From positions 1-48,424 of the forward strand of contig JBJOKB010000062.1 of the NCBI GenBank assembly GCA_046046315.1: a stretch of DNA of 48,424 nt, read 5' to 3'. Shown here piece by piece: positions 1 through 10,090 of this stretch (its first letter is position 1; every line of letters begins with the position of its first letter). The notes beneath the pieces were generated by a model. That model saw only the letters and a list, made by a program, of their open reading frames with translations, was not told where the DNA came from and made no database searches. A program made the position numbers and the translations under genes. The stretch is from Actinomycetota bacterium (GTDB lineage: Bacteria > Actinomycetota > Actinomycetes > S36-B12 > UBA5976).

Positions 1-1371
1 CATAGTCGCAAGCTTTTTTAAAAGATACGCTAATTCAGAAGGTACAAATGCATGAATATGTGTGCCATCTTCATGATGTTCGGTTTTTAAAACTTTTCCA
101 TCTTCATGAACTTTTGCTAACAAATCACCTCTTGAATAAGGAATAGTCAACATAACTTCAACACTAGGATCAGGTAGACGTTCGTCAATGGTTTTTAGTA
201 ATGAATCAATTCCAAGTCCACTATGAGCAGAAACAAATATTGCCTCTGGAAAAATTCTTTTTAAGTCTCCCATTTTCTCATCAGATATTTGATCACATTT
301 ATTAATGGCAATAATTTCAGGAATATTATCTGCTTTTATCTCTTCAAGGACTTCGCGAACAGAATTAAATTGTTCAAGAGGATCAGGATCACTTCCATCC
401 ACAACATGGACGATTAAATCTGAATCACTCACTTCTTCCAATGTAGATTTGAAAGCCTCAATTAGTTGATGTGGCAAATGTCTAACAAAACCTACGGTGT
501 CACTTAAGGTTATATTTCGACCTGAAGGTGTCTGCGATTTTCTCACAGTTGGATCAAGTGTTGCAAAAAGTGCATCTTCTACTAAAACACCTGCGCCAGT
601 TAGACGATTGAGTAAACTTGATTTACCTGCGTTGGTGTATCCAGTAATTGCAACTGAAGCAGTGTGACTTTTGCGCCGAGAATTTCTCTGAACATCTCTT
701 GATCTAGCCATATCTTTTAGATCTTTTCTTAAGCGAGTCATTTGATCATGGATTCGTCGTCTGTCAGTTTCTAATTTTGTTTCACCAGGCCCACGTGTTC
801 CGATACCTGGATTTCCACCACTTGCAGCTTGTCTACTTAGTGCATCGCCCCAACCACGTAGTCGAGGCAACATATATTGCATTTGGGCAAGTGAAACTTG
901 TGTTTTACCTTCGCGACTTTTTGCATGCTTCGCAAAAATATCTAATATCAACCAAGTTCTATCTACAACTTTAACCTTTACAACGTCCTCTAAATGGATA
1001 AGTTGCGCTGGACTTAATTCGCCATCAATAATTACTGTGTCAGCACCAGTTTCTGAAACAATTTTTCTTAATTCTTGAGCCTTTCCTGAACCTAGGTAAG
1101 TTGAAGGATCAGGGTTGTCCCTTCTTTGAATTACTCCCTCTAATACTGTTGCGCCTGCAGTTTCAGCAAGTCTGGCTAATTCGAGTAAAGATCTTTCAGC
1201 TAATTCCCAAGAACCACTTGTCCAAACACCTGCTAGCACTACTCGCTCTAACTGGATTTGTCGATATTCAACTTCACTAATATCTTGAAGTTCTGTTGAA
1301 AAAGATGTGACTCTACGTAGCGCTGCGCGATCTTGTAAATCTAATTGGCCAGTATCAAATGATTCCGCCAT
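1..1371 (-). CDS. hflX: GTPase HflX; ATG at 1371..1369, open to the window edge so the C-terminal end is cut or nearly complete
   Basis: Absent from the ORF track because there is no stop inside the window. My translation from 1371 downward is open for 457 codons (MAESFDTGQLDLQDRAALRR...). It contains G1 GYTNAGKSSLLNRLT, G3 DTVGF and G4 NKCD. It lies next to dapF-miaA, as in other Actinobacteria. Confidence 0.9.
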   Translation of the reverse strand, partial: MAESFDTGQLDLQDRAALRRVTSFSTELQDISEVEYRQIQLERVVLAGVWTSGSWELAERSLLELARLAETAGATVLEGVIQRRDNPDPSTYLGSGKAQELRKIVSETGADTVIIDGELSPAQLIHLEDVVKVKVVDRTWLILDIFAKHAKSREGKTQVSLAQMQYMLPRLRGWGDALSRQAASGGNPGIGTRGPGETKLETDRRRIHDQMTRLRKDLKDMARSRDVQRNSRRKSHTASVAITGYTNAGKSSLLNRLTGAGVLVEDALFATLDPTVRKSQTPSGRNITLSDTVGFVRHLPHQLIEAFKSTLEEVSDSDLIVHVVDGSDPDPLEQFNSVREVLEEIKADNIPEIIAINKCDQISDEKMGDLKRIFPEAIFVSAHSGLGIDSLLKTIDERLPDPSVEVMLTIPYSRGDLLAKVHEDGKVLKTEHHEDGTHIHAFVPSELAYLLKKLATM

Positions 1372-1373
1372 AT

Positions 1374-2180
1374 TTAATTAACAAACCATTTTTCAGACAA
1401 AGTTCCATCTTGTTCCATTACAACTGGACCTCTCATAATCATCTTTCCATCAGAAAAATTGATTATTAGTGTTCCACCTGGTAAATCAATTACTACTTCA
1501 TTAATTTTCTTTCCACTCTGCTCTCTAATAACAGCGGCGACTGCGCAAGCGCCTGTTCCACATGACAGAGTTTCCCCGCTTCCTCTTTCGTGCACTCGAA
1601 TTGCTACGTGATTGTCCGTTATTTTTTTTACAAATTCAACATTAACTCCAGTTGGGAAAACATCGCTTGGAGTCACGGCGGGTGCGTTCTTAAGATCACC
1701 AATACTGACCAGATCTGGAACAAAAGCCACAGCATGAGGGTTTGGTGCATCAACAGCTTGAGCGCTAAATTTATGTCCATTAACAGATACCTCAACAGAT
1801 TTTCCACGAAGTATTGCTTCGTCCATCGTGACACTGATATCTCCGGGTTTATGAATAATGGCCACTACTAATCCTGCTCGAGTTAAAAAAGTAAATTCAG
1901 TGTTTTTAATTAAACCTTTGGTGAACAAGTATTGTGCAAAAACTCTTGCCCCATTTCCACACATTTCAGCAATAGAACCATCGGCATTTCTGTAGTCCAT
2001 AAAATATTCATTACTATTTTTAACAACTTTTAAGATGCCATCGGCTCCAATCCCGTTTTGTCTATTGCAAATCTGCTTGATTTGACTCTCGGTTAAATGA
2101 ATTTTGTCATCAAGATCTTCGATAATTACAAAGTCATTTCTTGTTCCATGACCTTTGGTGTATTTGATGGAAGAAATCAC
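1374..2180 (-). CDS. dapF: Diaminopimelate epimerase
   Basis: 268 aa with both catalytic Cys motifs (MCGNGARV and SCGTGACA). GTG start overlaps the miaA stop (GTGA). Confidence 0.93.
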   Translation of the reverse strand: MISSIKYTKGHGTRNDFVIIEDLDDKIHLTESQIKQICNRQNGIGADGILKVVKNSNEYFMDYRNADGSIAEMCGNGARVFAQYLFTKGLIKNTEFTFLTRAGLVVAIIHKPGDISVTMDEAILRGKSVEVSVNGHKFSAQAVDAPNPHAVAFVPDLVSIGDLKNAPAVTPSDVFPTGVNVEFVKKITDNHVAIRVHERGSGETLSCGTGACAVAAVIREQSGKKINEVVIDLPGGTLIINFSDGKMIMRGPVVMEQDGTLSEKWFVN

Positions 2181-3067
2181 TTAATAAGCCTAAGCGATTG
2201 ATCAAAAAGATCTGAACTTGTTGCGTCTAACCAGTGAATTAAGGGGTCTCTTCTAAACCATGAAAGCTGCCGACGAGCAAATTTTTTGGTCGCATTGATA
2301 GTCAGTGTTCTTGCTTCTTCTTCAGAAATTTCTCCTGCCAAATGAGAGAGTACCTGAGAATAACCCAAGGCTCTGAGAGCTGTTTTACCTTTTCTCAAAT
2401 TTTGCTCAATACCTTTAACCTCTTCGATAAAACCATCATCGAACATTTGGTGCACTCGTTCAATAATTCTTTTATCAAGCAGATCTCTAGGCATATCTAA
2501 CGCAATACGAACGTCTGAAAATATTGGAGAAGGTTCGGGAAGTTTGGCATTGAAAGCCTTTCCTGTGAACTCGTTAACCTCGAGAGCTCGAACTATTTTT
2601 CTTGCGTTATTTGGCAATATATTTTCTGCAGCACTTGGATCTACTTTTTTCAACATTTCAAATAAAACTTCGACGCCTTGCTCATCAAGGATTTCTTCAT
2701 ATTTAGCACGAACTTCCAAATTGGTGCCCGGGAATTCAAGGTCTTCAAGAACTGAATTTACATACAAACCACTTCCACCAACAAGCATAGGTTGAATTTT
2801 TCTATTCAACAGATCCTGAATAATCTCGCGAGTTTGTTTTTGATACTGCGAAACATTTGCTTCATCAATTGGATCTAAAACGTCTATCTGGTGATGCTTA
2901 ATTCCACGCCTTTGATCTAGTGGCAATTTTGCTGTGCCAATATCCATTCCTTTGTATATTTGCATCGCATCGGCATTAATAATTTCTGCAGAAAGCTCTT
3001 CTGCCAAATTAAGGGACAAAGCGGTTTTTCCAACTGCTGTTGGGCCAACGATGGCTATTACTTTCAA
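2177..3067 (-). CDS. miaA: tRNA dimethylallyltransferase
   Basis: 296 aa with N-terminal P-loop GPTAVGKT and a typical MiaA body. Conserved dapF-miaA-miaB neighbourhood. Confidence 0.95.
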   Translation of the reverse strand: MKVIAIVGPTAVGKTALSLNLAEELSAEIINADAMQIYKGMDIGTAKLPLDQRRGIKHHQIDVLDPIDEANVSQYQKQTREIIQDLLNRKIQPMLVGGSGLYVNSVLEDLEFPGTNLEVRAKYEEILDEQGVEVLFEMLKKVDPSAAENILPNNARKIVRALEVNEFTGKAFNAKLPEPSPIFSDVRIALDMPRDLLDKRIIERVHQMFDDGFIEEVKGIEQNLRKGKTALRALGYSQVLSHLAGEISEEEARTLTINATKKFARRQLSWFRRDPLIHWLDATSSDLFDQSLRLIK

Positions 3068-3070
3068 AGT

Positions 3071-4507
3071 TTAAGACCGAACCAATGTTGGTATTCCCAA
3101 CAAAACTTCACTGGAATTCTTTGTATTTTTTTCTTGCTCAAATAGGTCGCCTGCTTTAGTTTTCCTTATTTTTAAAACTGGCTTGTCAGATAGTAAGAAA
3201 AACGGAGCTACAGAAGTAATTTCAACATCTACAATGTCGCCTGGTCTTATATTTTCTTCTGATTCAAAGTTGAAATGAACAAGTCTATTATCTTTTGCAC
3301 GACCAGAAAGTTTTGAATTGACCTCATCTTTTTTTCCCTCATGATTTGTAACTAGAACTTCAACTATTTTTCCAATTTGTTTTTGATTTTCTTCGAGCAT
3401 GACTTGATTTACAACTTCTGTCAATCTGTTGTATCTATCTGAAATAATTTCAGGTGAAATTTGATTAGACATTTCTGCTGCAGGAGTTCCTGGTCTCTTT
3501 GAATATTGGTAAGTAAATGCTGTTGCAAATCTTGCTTTCTTAACTAAATTAATCGTGTCTTCAAAATCTTCTTCGGATTCACCCGGAAAACCTACAATTA
3601 TATCTGTGGTAATTGCAGCGTCAGGAATTTTTTCCCTAACTCTCTCAAGAATTCCTAAATACTTACTCGTTCGATAACTACGCTTCATACTTGCCAAAAT
3701 TTTGTCGCTGCCAGATTGCAATGGCATGTGTAAATGTGGCATGACATTTGGTGTTTCTGCCATGGCGTCAATGACATCATCAGTGAAATCTTTTGGATGG
3801 GGAGAAATGAACCTGACTCTTTCCAGTCCTTCAATAGCACCACAAGCTCTTAGTAGTTTGCCAAAAGCTAATTTGTCACCAAATTCAACTCCGTAAGAAT
3901 TCACGTTTTGACCTAAAAGCATAACTTCCAGAACACCCTCTGAAACTAGTGAATTAATTTCATCTAAAATTTCTCCAGCTTTGCGATCTTTTTCCTTTCC
4001 TCGCAAAGTTGGAACTATGCAAAAAGTGCATGAGTTATTGCAGCCCACACTTATCGCCACAAGCGCCGAGTGAATTGAATCTCTTTTAGTTGGCAAAGTT
4101 GAAGGAAAAACTTCTAGTGCCTCTAAGATTTCAATTTGAGCTTCATTATTTATTCTTGCTCTTTCAAGTAAAATTGGTAAAGAGCCAAAATTATGTGTAC
4201 CAAATACAACATCGACCCATGGGGCTCTTCTTAATATTTCGTGACGATCTTTTTGCGCAAGACATCCCCCAACTGCAATTTGCATACCTGGACGCTTTTC
4301 TCTTTTACGGACTAGCATTCCTAAATTTCCATAAAGTTTGTTATCAGCATTTTCTCTAACCGCACAAGTGTTGTAGACAACTACATCAGCATCTTCTGAA
4401 TCCGTTGCGATGTATCCAGCTTTTTCTAACATGCCAGAAAGTCGTTCAGAGTCATGAGCATTCATTTGACAGCCAAATGTTCGAACGAAATAGGTGCGCG
4501 TTGTCAT
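3071..4507 (-). CDS. miaB: tRNA-2-methylthio-N6-dimethylallyladenosine synthase (radical SAM methylthiotransferase)
   Basis: The track ORF runs to 4552, but the family N-terminus [16 protein letters not shown] begins at the ATG at 4507. Radical [11 protein letters not shown] motif and C-terminal TRAM-like region are present. Confidence 0.92.
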   Translation of the reverse strand: MTTRTYFVRTFGCQMNAHDSERLSGMLEKAGYIATDSEDADVVVYNTCAVRENADNKLYGNLGMLVRKREKRPGMQIAVGGCLAQKDRHEILRRAPWVDVVFGTHNFGSLPILLERARINNEAQIEILEALEVFPSTLPTKRDSIHSALVAISVGCNNSCTFCIVPTLRGKEKDRKAGEILDEINSLVSEGVLEVMLLGQNVNSYGVEFGDKLAFGKLLRACGAIEGLERVRFISPHPKDFTDDVIDAMAETPNVMPHLHMPLQSGSDKILASMKRSYRTSKYLGILERVREKIPDAAITTDIIVGFPGESEEDFEDTINLVKKARFATAFTYQYSKRPGTPAAEMSNQISPEIISDRYNRLTEVVNQVMLEENQKQIGKIVEVLVTNHEGKKDEVNSKLSGRAKDNRLVHFNFESEENIRPGDIVDVEITSVAPFFLLSDKPVLKIRKTKAGDLFEQEKNTKNSSEVLLGIPTLVRS

Positions 4508-4544
4508 ATAACTAATAGGGTACGCCGTGGTTAAATAATCAATT

Positions 4545-5219
4545 GTGACCACCGTTAATAGTCAATCAAACAAAGTTCATTTTGCTCAAGAAAATAAAGG
4601 TTTATATCCATTTTTGATGGCTTCATTTGTTGGACTGCTATTAATCTCAAATGTCGGCGCTGTAAAACTAATTCAGTTTGGACCCATAATCACAGATGGT
4701 GGAGCTTTCCTCTTTCCACTTGTTTATATTGTCGGTGACGTATTAAGTGAAGTGTATGGATTTAAAGCAACAAGAAAAGCAATCTATACAGGTTTTGCGA
4801 TGGCAATACTTGCGTCATTAACTTTCTTTCTAGTTCAAAAATCACCTGCAGCAGCGGAATGGACGAATCAAGCTGCTTTTGAAGCTGTTTTGGGTTTCGT
4901 CCCACAAATTGTTTTGGCAAGCATCTGTGGTTTTTTGGTTGGTCAATTATTAAATTCTTACGTTTTGGTAAAAATCAAGGAAAAAACGAAAGAGAAAAAA
5001 TTGTGGTTAAGGTTAATTGGATCGACTGCAGTTGGTGAATTAGCAGATACTTTAGTCTTTTGCACAATAGCTTTTTATGGAGTAATCACTGGTTGGAGCT
5101 TCATTAATTATGTACTGGTGGGATATTTCTACAAAACTTTGATAGAAATTTTTCTACTTCCAATTACTTACAAAGTAATCAAATATGTTAAAGAAAAAGA
5201 AACTAGTTATTTAGTTTAG
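4545..5219 (+). CDS. yhhQ: Queuosine-precursor transporter, YhhQ/COG1738 (DUF165) family
   Basis: 224 aa polytopic membrane protein with family-typical [30 protein letters not shown] and [13 protein letters not shown] segments. GTG start with no obvious SD, so possibly leaderless. 3' end overlaps tgt by 17 nt. Confidence 0.8.
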   Translation: MTTVNSQSNKVHFAQENKGLYPFLMASFVGLLLISNVGAVKLIQFGPIITDGGAFLFPLVYIVGDVLSEVYGFKATRKAIYTGFAMAILASLTFFLVQKSPAAAEWTNQAAFEAVLGFVPQIVLASICGFLVGQLLNSYVLVKIKEKTKEKKLWLRLIGSTAVGELADTLVFCTIAFYGVITGWSFINYVLVGYFYKTLIEIFLLPITYKVIKYVKEKETSYLV

Positions 5220-6441
5220 TAGAATAAAAACGTCCTAAAAACTCTTCTTTAAATTCAAAGAAATTGCCATCAATAATACTTTGTCTCATTTTTGCAACTA
5301 GATTAACTATGAAGTATTCATTATGAATAGTTAATAACGTTGCTGCCAGCATTTCTTTTCCTCTGATTAAATGATTTAAGTATGCTTTCGTGTAATTTTT
5401 GCAGGTGTAGCATTCACACGATTCATCAATTGGTGAAAAATCTTTTTTAAATGCACTCACAGAAATATTGAATCTTCCGTCAAGACCATAAACCGCATTG
5501 TTTCTTGCAACTCTAGAAGCTGCTACGCAATCAAAAGTGTCGGCACCATTTTCCACTCCAACAAATAAATCATCAGGCTCACCTATCCCAAGTAGATGGC
5601 GAGGTTTATCTTTTGGTAATTCTTCATTAACCCAATTAACAATCGTTCCTAAATTATTTTTATCTAATGCTCCACCAATACCAAACCCATCAAAATCAAG
5701 TGTTGCTAAATCTTGAGCAGCTTTTCTTCTTAGGTCTTCATATTGCGCACCTTGAACTACTCCAAATAAAGCCTGATAAGGACGATGAGATCTTTCAAGA
5801 GTTAACTTCTCATGTTCTGAAATACATCTTTTGGCCCACGCAAAAGTTCTATCCAAAGATTTTTCTTGATATGAACGAGTATTTAACAGCGTTGTACATT
5901 CATCAAAAGCAAAAATTATGTCTGCCCCAATTTTATGCTGGACTTGCATAGATATTTCTGGGGTGAATCTGTGCATTGATCCATCTAAATGAGATTTAAA
6001 TGTGACACCGTCATCATCAACATGAGCCAGGCGATCTTTATCGGTTGCCATGACATCATCTGCTTGCACGGTATTTGTATCCATGGCAATTACTTTTTTA
6101 TAACCAACGCCAAGTGAAAGAACTTGAAATCCTCCACTATCAGTAAAAGTTGGCCCAGGCCAATTCATGAATGAAGCTAAACCACCTGCTTCATCAACAA
6201 CATCAGGTCCTGGCTGCAAATAAAGGTGATATGCATTGGATAAAACAGCTTGTGCTTCTAAATCTTTAATACTTTCAGGTAAAACTGATTTAACTGTTGC
6301 CTTTGTCCCAACAGGAATAAACGCAGGAGTTTTAATCTCACCATGTGGTGTAACAATTGTGCCAATTCTACCCAAAGGCTTCTTATTGGTTGCGTGTGTT
6401 TCTAGTTGAGCTTCAACTTTGAAACTGAAATTTTTCTTCAT
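5203..6441 (-). CDS. tgt: tRNA-guanine transglycosylase family protein (queuine/preQ tRNA-ribosyltransferase), divergent
   Basis: 412 aa with TDSGGFQV, FDEC, LLGIGEPDD and the Zn site CECYTCKNYTKAYLNH. The pocket segment reads GGALDKNN rather than the canonical GGLAVGE. Confidence 0.85.
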   Translation of the reverse strand: MKKNFSFKVEAQLETHATNKKPLGRIGTIVTPHGEIKTPAFIPVGTKATVKSVLPESIKDLEAQAVLSNAYHLYLQPGPDVVDEAGGLASFMNWPGPTFTDSGGFQVLSLGVGYKKVIAMDTNTVQADDVMATDKDRLAHVDDDGVTFKSHLDGSMHRFTPEISMQVQHKIGADIIFAFDECTTLLNTRSYQEKSLDRTFAWAKRCISEHEKLTLERSHRPYQALFGVVQGAQYEDLRRKAAQDLATLDFDGFGIGGALDKNNLGTIVNWVNEELPKDKPRHLLGIGEPDDLFVGVENGADTFDCVAASRVARNNAVYGLDGRFNISVSAFKKDFSPIDESCECYTCKNYTKAYLNHLIRGKEMLAATLLTIHNEYFIVNLVAKMRQSIIDGNFFEFKEEFLGRFYSTKLNN

Positions 6442-6478
6442 TATTTAGTATTTAATCGCATCAGAAAAAAATTAAAAA

Positions 6479-6910
6479 TTAAGGTCTATGAATTAGGCAA
6501 AAAGGATGACCTTCTGGGTCAAGATAAACCCTGAATTCTGTGGAATAGTCATCTGATTTTGGCGTTCCTGGTTGAAAATCAGTTTTTGTTGCACCAAGTT
6601 TAAGAATTTCTTTCTCTGCCTTATCGAGGTCGTTTACAGCAAAATCTAAATGTATTTGTTGAGGTATTTTCCCCTCTGGCCATGTTGGAGGTAAGTAATT
6701 CGATATTTTTTGAAACGCCAATTTAGGTATTCCTGATTTGTCTTTGAGTTCAACCCAAACTATTTTTGCGTTAATATTTTCCGACGTCGTATCTATGTCT
6801 AAACCAGTAATTTGTGAGTAAAAATTTGCTAACTTAATTGGATCTGAACAATCAATTGCGGAATAAAAGTGATTAACTAAGTTCATGCTAGAGACTCTAG
6901 CATCATGCAT
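6479..6910 (-). CDS. VOC (glyoxalase/bleomycin-resistance/dioxygenase-like) family protein
   Basis: 143 aa with the pattern FY..ITG......VWVEL....LAFQK...PPTWPEG..PQQIHLDFAV.DLD.AE..LGAT, typical of small actinobacterial VOC proteins. The start may instead be the ATG at 6886 (MNLVNHFY). Confidence 0.65.
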   Translation of the reverse strand: MHDARVSSMNLVNHFYSAIDCSDPIKLANFYSQITGLDIDTTSENINAKIVWVELKDKSGIPKLAFQKISNYLPPTWPEGKIPQQIHLDFAVNDLDKAEKEILKLGATKTDFQPGTPKSDDYSTEFRVYLDPEGHPFCLIHRP

Positions 6911-6925
6911 AAATAGATAAATTCT

Positions 6926-7546
6926 TTAAATCTCGACAGGTAAGCCATCTGGTAAATCAGTTATTACTTCTTTAGCCACTCTGAATGACAAATTTGAAGA
7001 ATAACCTTTACGTGCTAAAACTCCCACTATTTTTCTAAGTTGTGTTTTGGGGTCATCTTTTTGTAACGACCTTATTTTTTTACATGCCAGTGCAAAAGCG
7101 GCTTGAAATTCTTGGTCTTCAGAGATTTGAGATATAGCTTCCATCGCCACATCATCAGATATACCTTTAGCCCTTAATTGTTGGCGTAACGCGTTTTTAC
7201 CTAAACCTTTTCGTCCATGTTGGCTGGAAACATAATTTGTGGCAAGTGCTTGATCATTGATCAAACCCACTTCTTCAAATCGATCTAGAGCTTTTGTTGC
7301 AATTTCATCTGAGATTTGCTTATCTTTCAAATCTTTTGCTAATTCTTTTCTAGTTCTAGGAGCATGGGAAAGTCTTCTTAACAAAACTTGCTTGGCAGCT
7401 TCTGCTGCTTCGATTTCTTTACTTTTTTCTTCCTTCACAGGAAGTTGACTAATTGTGGCGTCAATTAGATTTAATTTAACTTCGTTTTTTGTGCGGCGCC
7501 GTTTTGAGGCGGCGCCGTCTTTGTCTATCGGTACTACTTCGCCCAT
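6926..7546 (-). CDS. recX: Recombination regulator RecX
   Basis: 206 aa immediately downstream of recA (4 nt gap). Helical-repeat protein with a basic N-terminal tail, as in actinobacterial RecX. Confidence 0.85.
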   Translation of the reverse strand: MGEVVPIDKDGAASKRRRTKNEVKLNLIDATISQLPVKEEKSKEIEAAEAAKQVLLRRLSHAPRTRKELAKDLKDKQISDEIATKALDRFEEVGLINDQALATNYVSSQHGRKGLGKNALRQQLRAKGISDDVAMEAISQISEDQEFQAAFALACKKIRSLQKDDPKTQLRKIVGVLARKGYSSNLSFRVAKEVITDLPDGLPVEI

Positions 7547-7550
7547 TTAA

Positions 7551-8600
7551 TTATTCGGCTGCTGCAATTGGCACAACATCAGCTTCTGGCTTCTCAGTGG
7601 TTGCACTAAGAGCAAAAACTTCTTTGATGCGGCGTTCAATTTCATTGGCCAAGTCAGGGTTGTCTCTTAAGAAAGTGCGTGCATTTTCTTTACCTTGACC
7701 TAATTGATCGCCTTCATAGGTAAACCATGAACCACTCTTCTTAACAATGTCGTGCTCAACACCCATATCAATAAGGCTTCCCTCGCGAGATATTCCTTCA
7801 CCAAAAATGATGTCAAATTCTGCTTGTTTGAAAGGTGGAGCCATTTTGTTTTTAACAACTTTGACTCGTGTTCTATTTCCAACAGCATCTGTGCCATCTT
7901 TAAGTGTTTCAATGCGACGAACATCTAAGCGCACAGATGAATAAAACTTCAAAGCTTTTCCACCAGTTGTTGTTTCTGGAGAACCAAACATCACACCAAT
8001 TTTTTCTCTTAATTGGTTGATAAAAATTGCAGTGGTGTTTGAGTTTGCAAGTGCACTAGTCATTTTTCTTAACGCCTGGCTCATTAATCGAGCTTGTAGC
8101 CCCATGTGACTATCGCCCATTTCGCCTTCAATTTCAGCTCTTGGAACAAGTGCGGCAACAGAGTCAATTACCACAATGGAGAGTGCGCCAGAGCGAACTA
8201 ACATGTCAGCAATTTCTAAGGCTTGTTCACCAGTATCTGGTTGGCTAACTAACAATGCGTCAATATCAACGCCAAGTTTTTGGGCATATTCAGGATCTAA
8301 TGCATGTTCTGCATCAATAAATGCTGCAATTCCGCCAGCTCTTTGAGCATTAGCAATTGCGTGTAATGCAACTGTGGTTTTACCACTTGATTCAGGTCCA
8401 TAAATTTCTACAACGCGACCTCTTGGTAGTCCACCAATTCCTAATGCAATATCAAGTGCGATTGAACCAGTAGGAATTACTTCTGCTGGTGGGCGATCAT
8501 CTTGACCCAAACGCATAACTGATCCGCGTCCGAATTGACGATCGATTTGGGACAGGGCTGCTTCTAAAGCCTTGTCGCGGTCATTTGCCGCTGTTGCCAT
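7551..8600 (-). CDS. recA: Recombinase RecA (no intein)
   Basis: 349 aa with Walker A GPESSGKT and unmistakable RecA sequence throughout ([43 protein letters not shown]). Confidence 0.98.
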   Translation of the reverse strand: MATAANDRDKALEAALSQIDRQFGRGSVMRLGQDDRPPAEVIPTGSIALDIALGIGGLPRGRVVEIYGPESSGKTTVALHAIANAQRAGGIAAFIDAEHALDPEYAQKLGVDIDALLVSQPDTGEQALEIADMLVRSGALSIVVIDSVAALVPRAEIEGEMGDSHMGLQARLMSQALRKMTSALANSNTTAIFINQLREKIGVMFGSPETTTGGKALKFYSSVRLDVRRIETLKDGTDAVGNRTRVKVVKNKMAPPFKQAEFDIIFGEGISREGSLIDMGVEHDIVKKSGSWFTYEGDQLGQGKENARTFLRDNPDLANEIERRIKEVFALSATTEKPEADVVPIAAAE

Positions 8601-8721
8601 TTGTGACCCTTTCTTTTGGTCCTAGCTGTCTTTTGCTTGCTTACTCAAGGTAAGTGTTAGCACTGACATTTGTCCGGGACCTGGTTAGAGGTTGGGGACA
8701 TCTCTTACCTGTGGACATTAC

Positions 8722-8737
8722 TCGAACAGGTGTTCGA
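8722..8737. promoter_or_regulatory. LexA (SOS) box TCGAACAGGTGTTCGA upstream of recA
   Basis: Perfect match to the actinobacterial consensus TCGAAC-N4-GTTCGA. It lies 122 nt upstream of the recA start and directly abuts a minus-strand TAATGT (TANNNT) -10-like hexamer at 8720..8715. Confidence 0.78.
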
Positions 8738-8756
8738 AGACTAACAGACACGCCGT

Positions 8757-8951
8757 TTAACGTGCACCTGGACCTAAACCTTGGTTATCTACTACCGCTT
8801 TCCACACGGTTTGAGCATCAAAACCCAGTTTCAAGGCCTCATCAACACTGATTCCCCCAAGTTCAGGCAGCACAAAATCCTTAGACCAGGAAGCTGCGTA
8901 ATCTTCCCCGAAATGTTCCTTGAGTCGTCGCCTTAGTTCAGTAATCCACAT
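8757..8951 (-). CDS. DUF3046 domain protein (conserved small protein upstream of actinobacterial recA)
   Basis: 64 aa, MWITELRRRLKEHFGEDYAASW...VDEAL. Sequence pattern and position match the DUF3046 family (Rv2738c-like, recalled). Confidence 0.8.
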   Translation of the reverse strand: MWITELRRRLKEHFGEDYAASWSKDFVLPELGGISVDEALKLGFDAQTVWKAVVDNQGLGPGAR

Positions 8952-9001
8952 AACACTGCCTAATTTAGAGCAACCTTGCTACTGAAAGACTTACATTCAT
9001 C

Positions 9002-10090
9002 ATGGATTTCTACGGTTTTACCTTATTGTTGCGTTGGATTTTGGGTTGGTTTATCCAACCAAAACTGCGCCAGTTGCCAAATAAATCTGAATTCGCTGAA
9101 GTAGCTGTCATTATCCCTGCCAGAAACGAAGAACTAAATATTTCTCAGCTACTTGCTGCCTTGCAACAATCTGAGGTCAAACCATCTGAACTCATTGTTG
9201 TAAATGACAACTCAACTGATCAAACAGCACAAGTTGCAAAATCTTTTGGGGCCACAATTATTAATGCCAGTGAGCCAGAAGTTGGTTGGACAGGCAAAAC
9301 CTTTGCATTATCTCAGGGAATTCAAGCAACTAAATCTTCAATTTTATTGTTTCTTGATGCAGACACCAAGCCAAGTAAAGATTTTCTAGGCAAAATGATT
9401 CATGCATTAAATGTAAATGGTGGATTAATTTCGGTTCAGCCATATCATCAAATGAAATTAATGTATGAAAGATTTGCTTCGGTATTTAATTTAATCGGGG
9501 CTATTGGTGCTCGACTAGGTGAAAAAAATGGATTAGCTTTTGGGCCAGCATTAATGATGGAACGAAGAAATTTAGAAAAAATAGGTGGTATAAAAGAAGT
9601 CAAAAATCAATTACTAGAAGATCGCGCACTAGGACTATTGTTTGAAAAAAATAATTTAAATGTAAATACGTTCATAGGTGGTGGAGATATTTCTTTTCAG
9701 ATGTATCCCAGTGGAATTAAATCACTAATTCAAGGATTTACCAAAAATATGGCAGCAGGATCTGTTGGTATAACCAAGACACGTTTCTTATTTCTTTTTA
9801 CTTGGTTTAGCGGATTAGTAGCGGCTGCGTGGGAGCTTCCTTTTGCTTTTCTTGCCTGGAGTCAAACAGGAACTCCACCTTCTCTATATCAATATTGTTT
9901 AACCATAGGCTTTGGCATTCAGTTTTGGTGGTTTATTAGAAAATTAGGAAACTTTAATTTTTATCTAATTCTTTATCCTTTTATGATACTTTTTTTCTTA
10001 CTAATCTTTTTTTACTCAGTTATTTTAACCTGGAGAGGAAAAGTAATCTGGAAAGACAGATTCATTGATGCTAAAGCAGGTTTGGGATGA
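9002..10090 (+). CDS. Family 2 glycosyltransferase, CrtQ-like (carotenoid/diaponeurosporenoate glycosyltransferase type)
   Basis: 362 aa with IIPARNEE, NDNSTDQT, FLDADT, LISVQPYH, AFGP and F.MY.SG..SL.QGF.K, plus a C-terminal membrane region. These blocks match S. aureus CrtQ as I recall it. Confidence 0.72.
   Translation: MDFYGFTLLLRWILGWFIQPKLRQLPNKSEFAEVAVIIPARNEELNISQLLAALQQSEVKPSELIVVNDNSTDQTAQVAKSFGATIINASEPEVGWTGKTFALSQGIQATKSSILLFLDADTKPSKDFLGKMIHALNVNGGLISVQPYHQMKLMYERFASVFNLIGAIGARLGEKNGLAFGPALMMERRNLEKIGGIKEVKNQLLEDRALGLLFEKNNLNVNTFIGGGDISFQMYPSGIKSLIQGFTKNMAAGSVGITKTRFLFLFTWFSGLVAAAWELPFAFLAWSQTGTPPSLYQYCLTIGFGIQFWWFIRKLGNFNFYLILYPFMILFFLLIFFYSVILTWRGKVIWKDRFIDAKAGLG

Noticed and set aside
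4508-4620. Searched for a preQ1 riboswitch upstream of yhhQ, since COG1738 genes are often preQ1-regulated
   Set aside because: Only 37 nt separate the miaB ATG from the yhhQ GTG. The one stem available (GTGGT...ACCAC) includes the start codon and has a 16-nt loop. There is no hairpin followed by an A-rich tail or the CUA pseudoknot pattern of preQ1-I. The first TM helix needs residues upstream of the internal ATG at 4617, so a longer leader is unlikely.
7551-8600. Checked recA for an intein, as in M. tuberculosis recA
   Set aside because: The product is 349 aa and contiguous RecA sequence through the P-loop and L2 regions, so there is no insertion.
8654-8851. 65-aa plus-strand ORF across the recA leader and the DUF3046 3' end
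   Set aside because: It lies antisense to a conserved gene and spans the LexA box region. Composition-driven and featureless.
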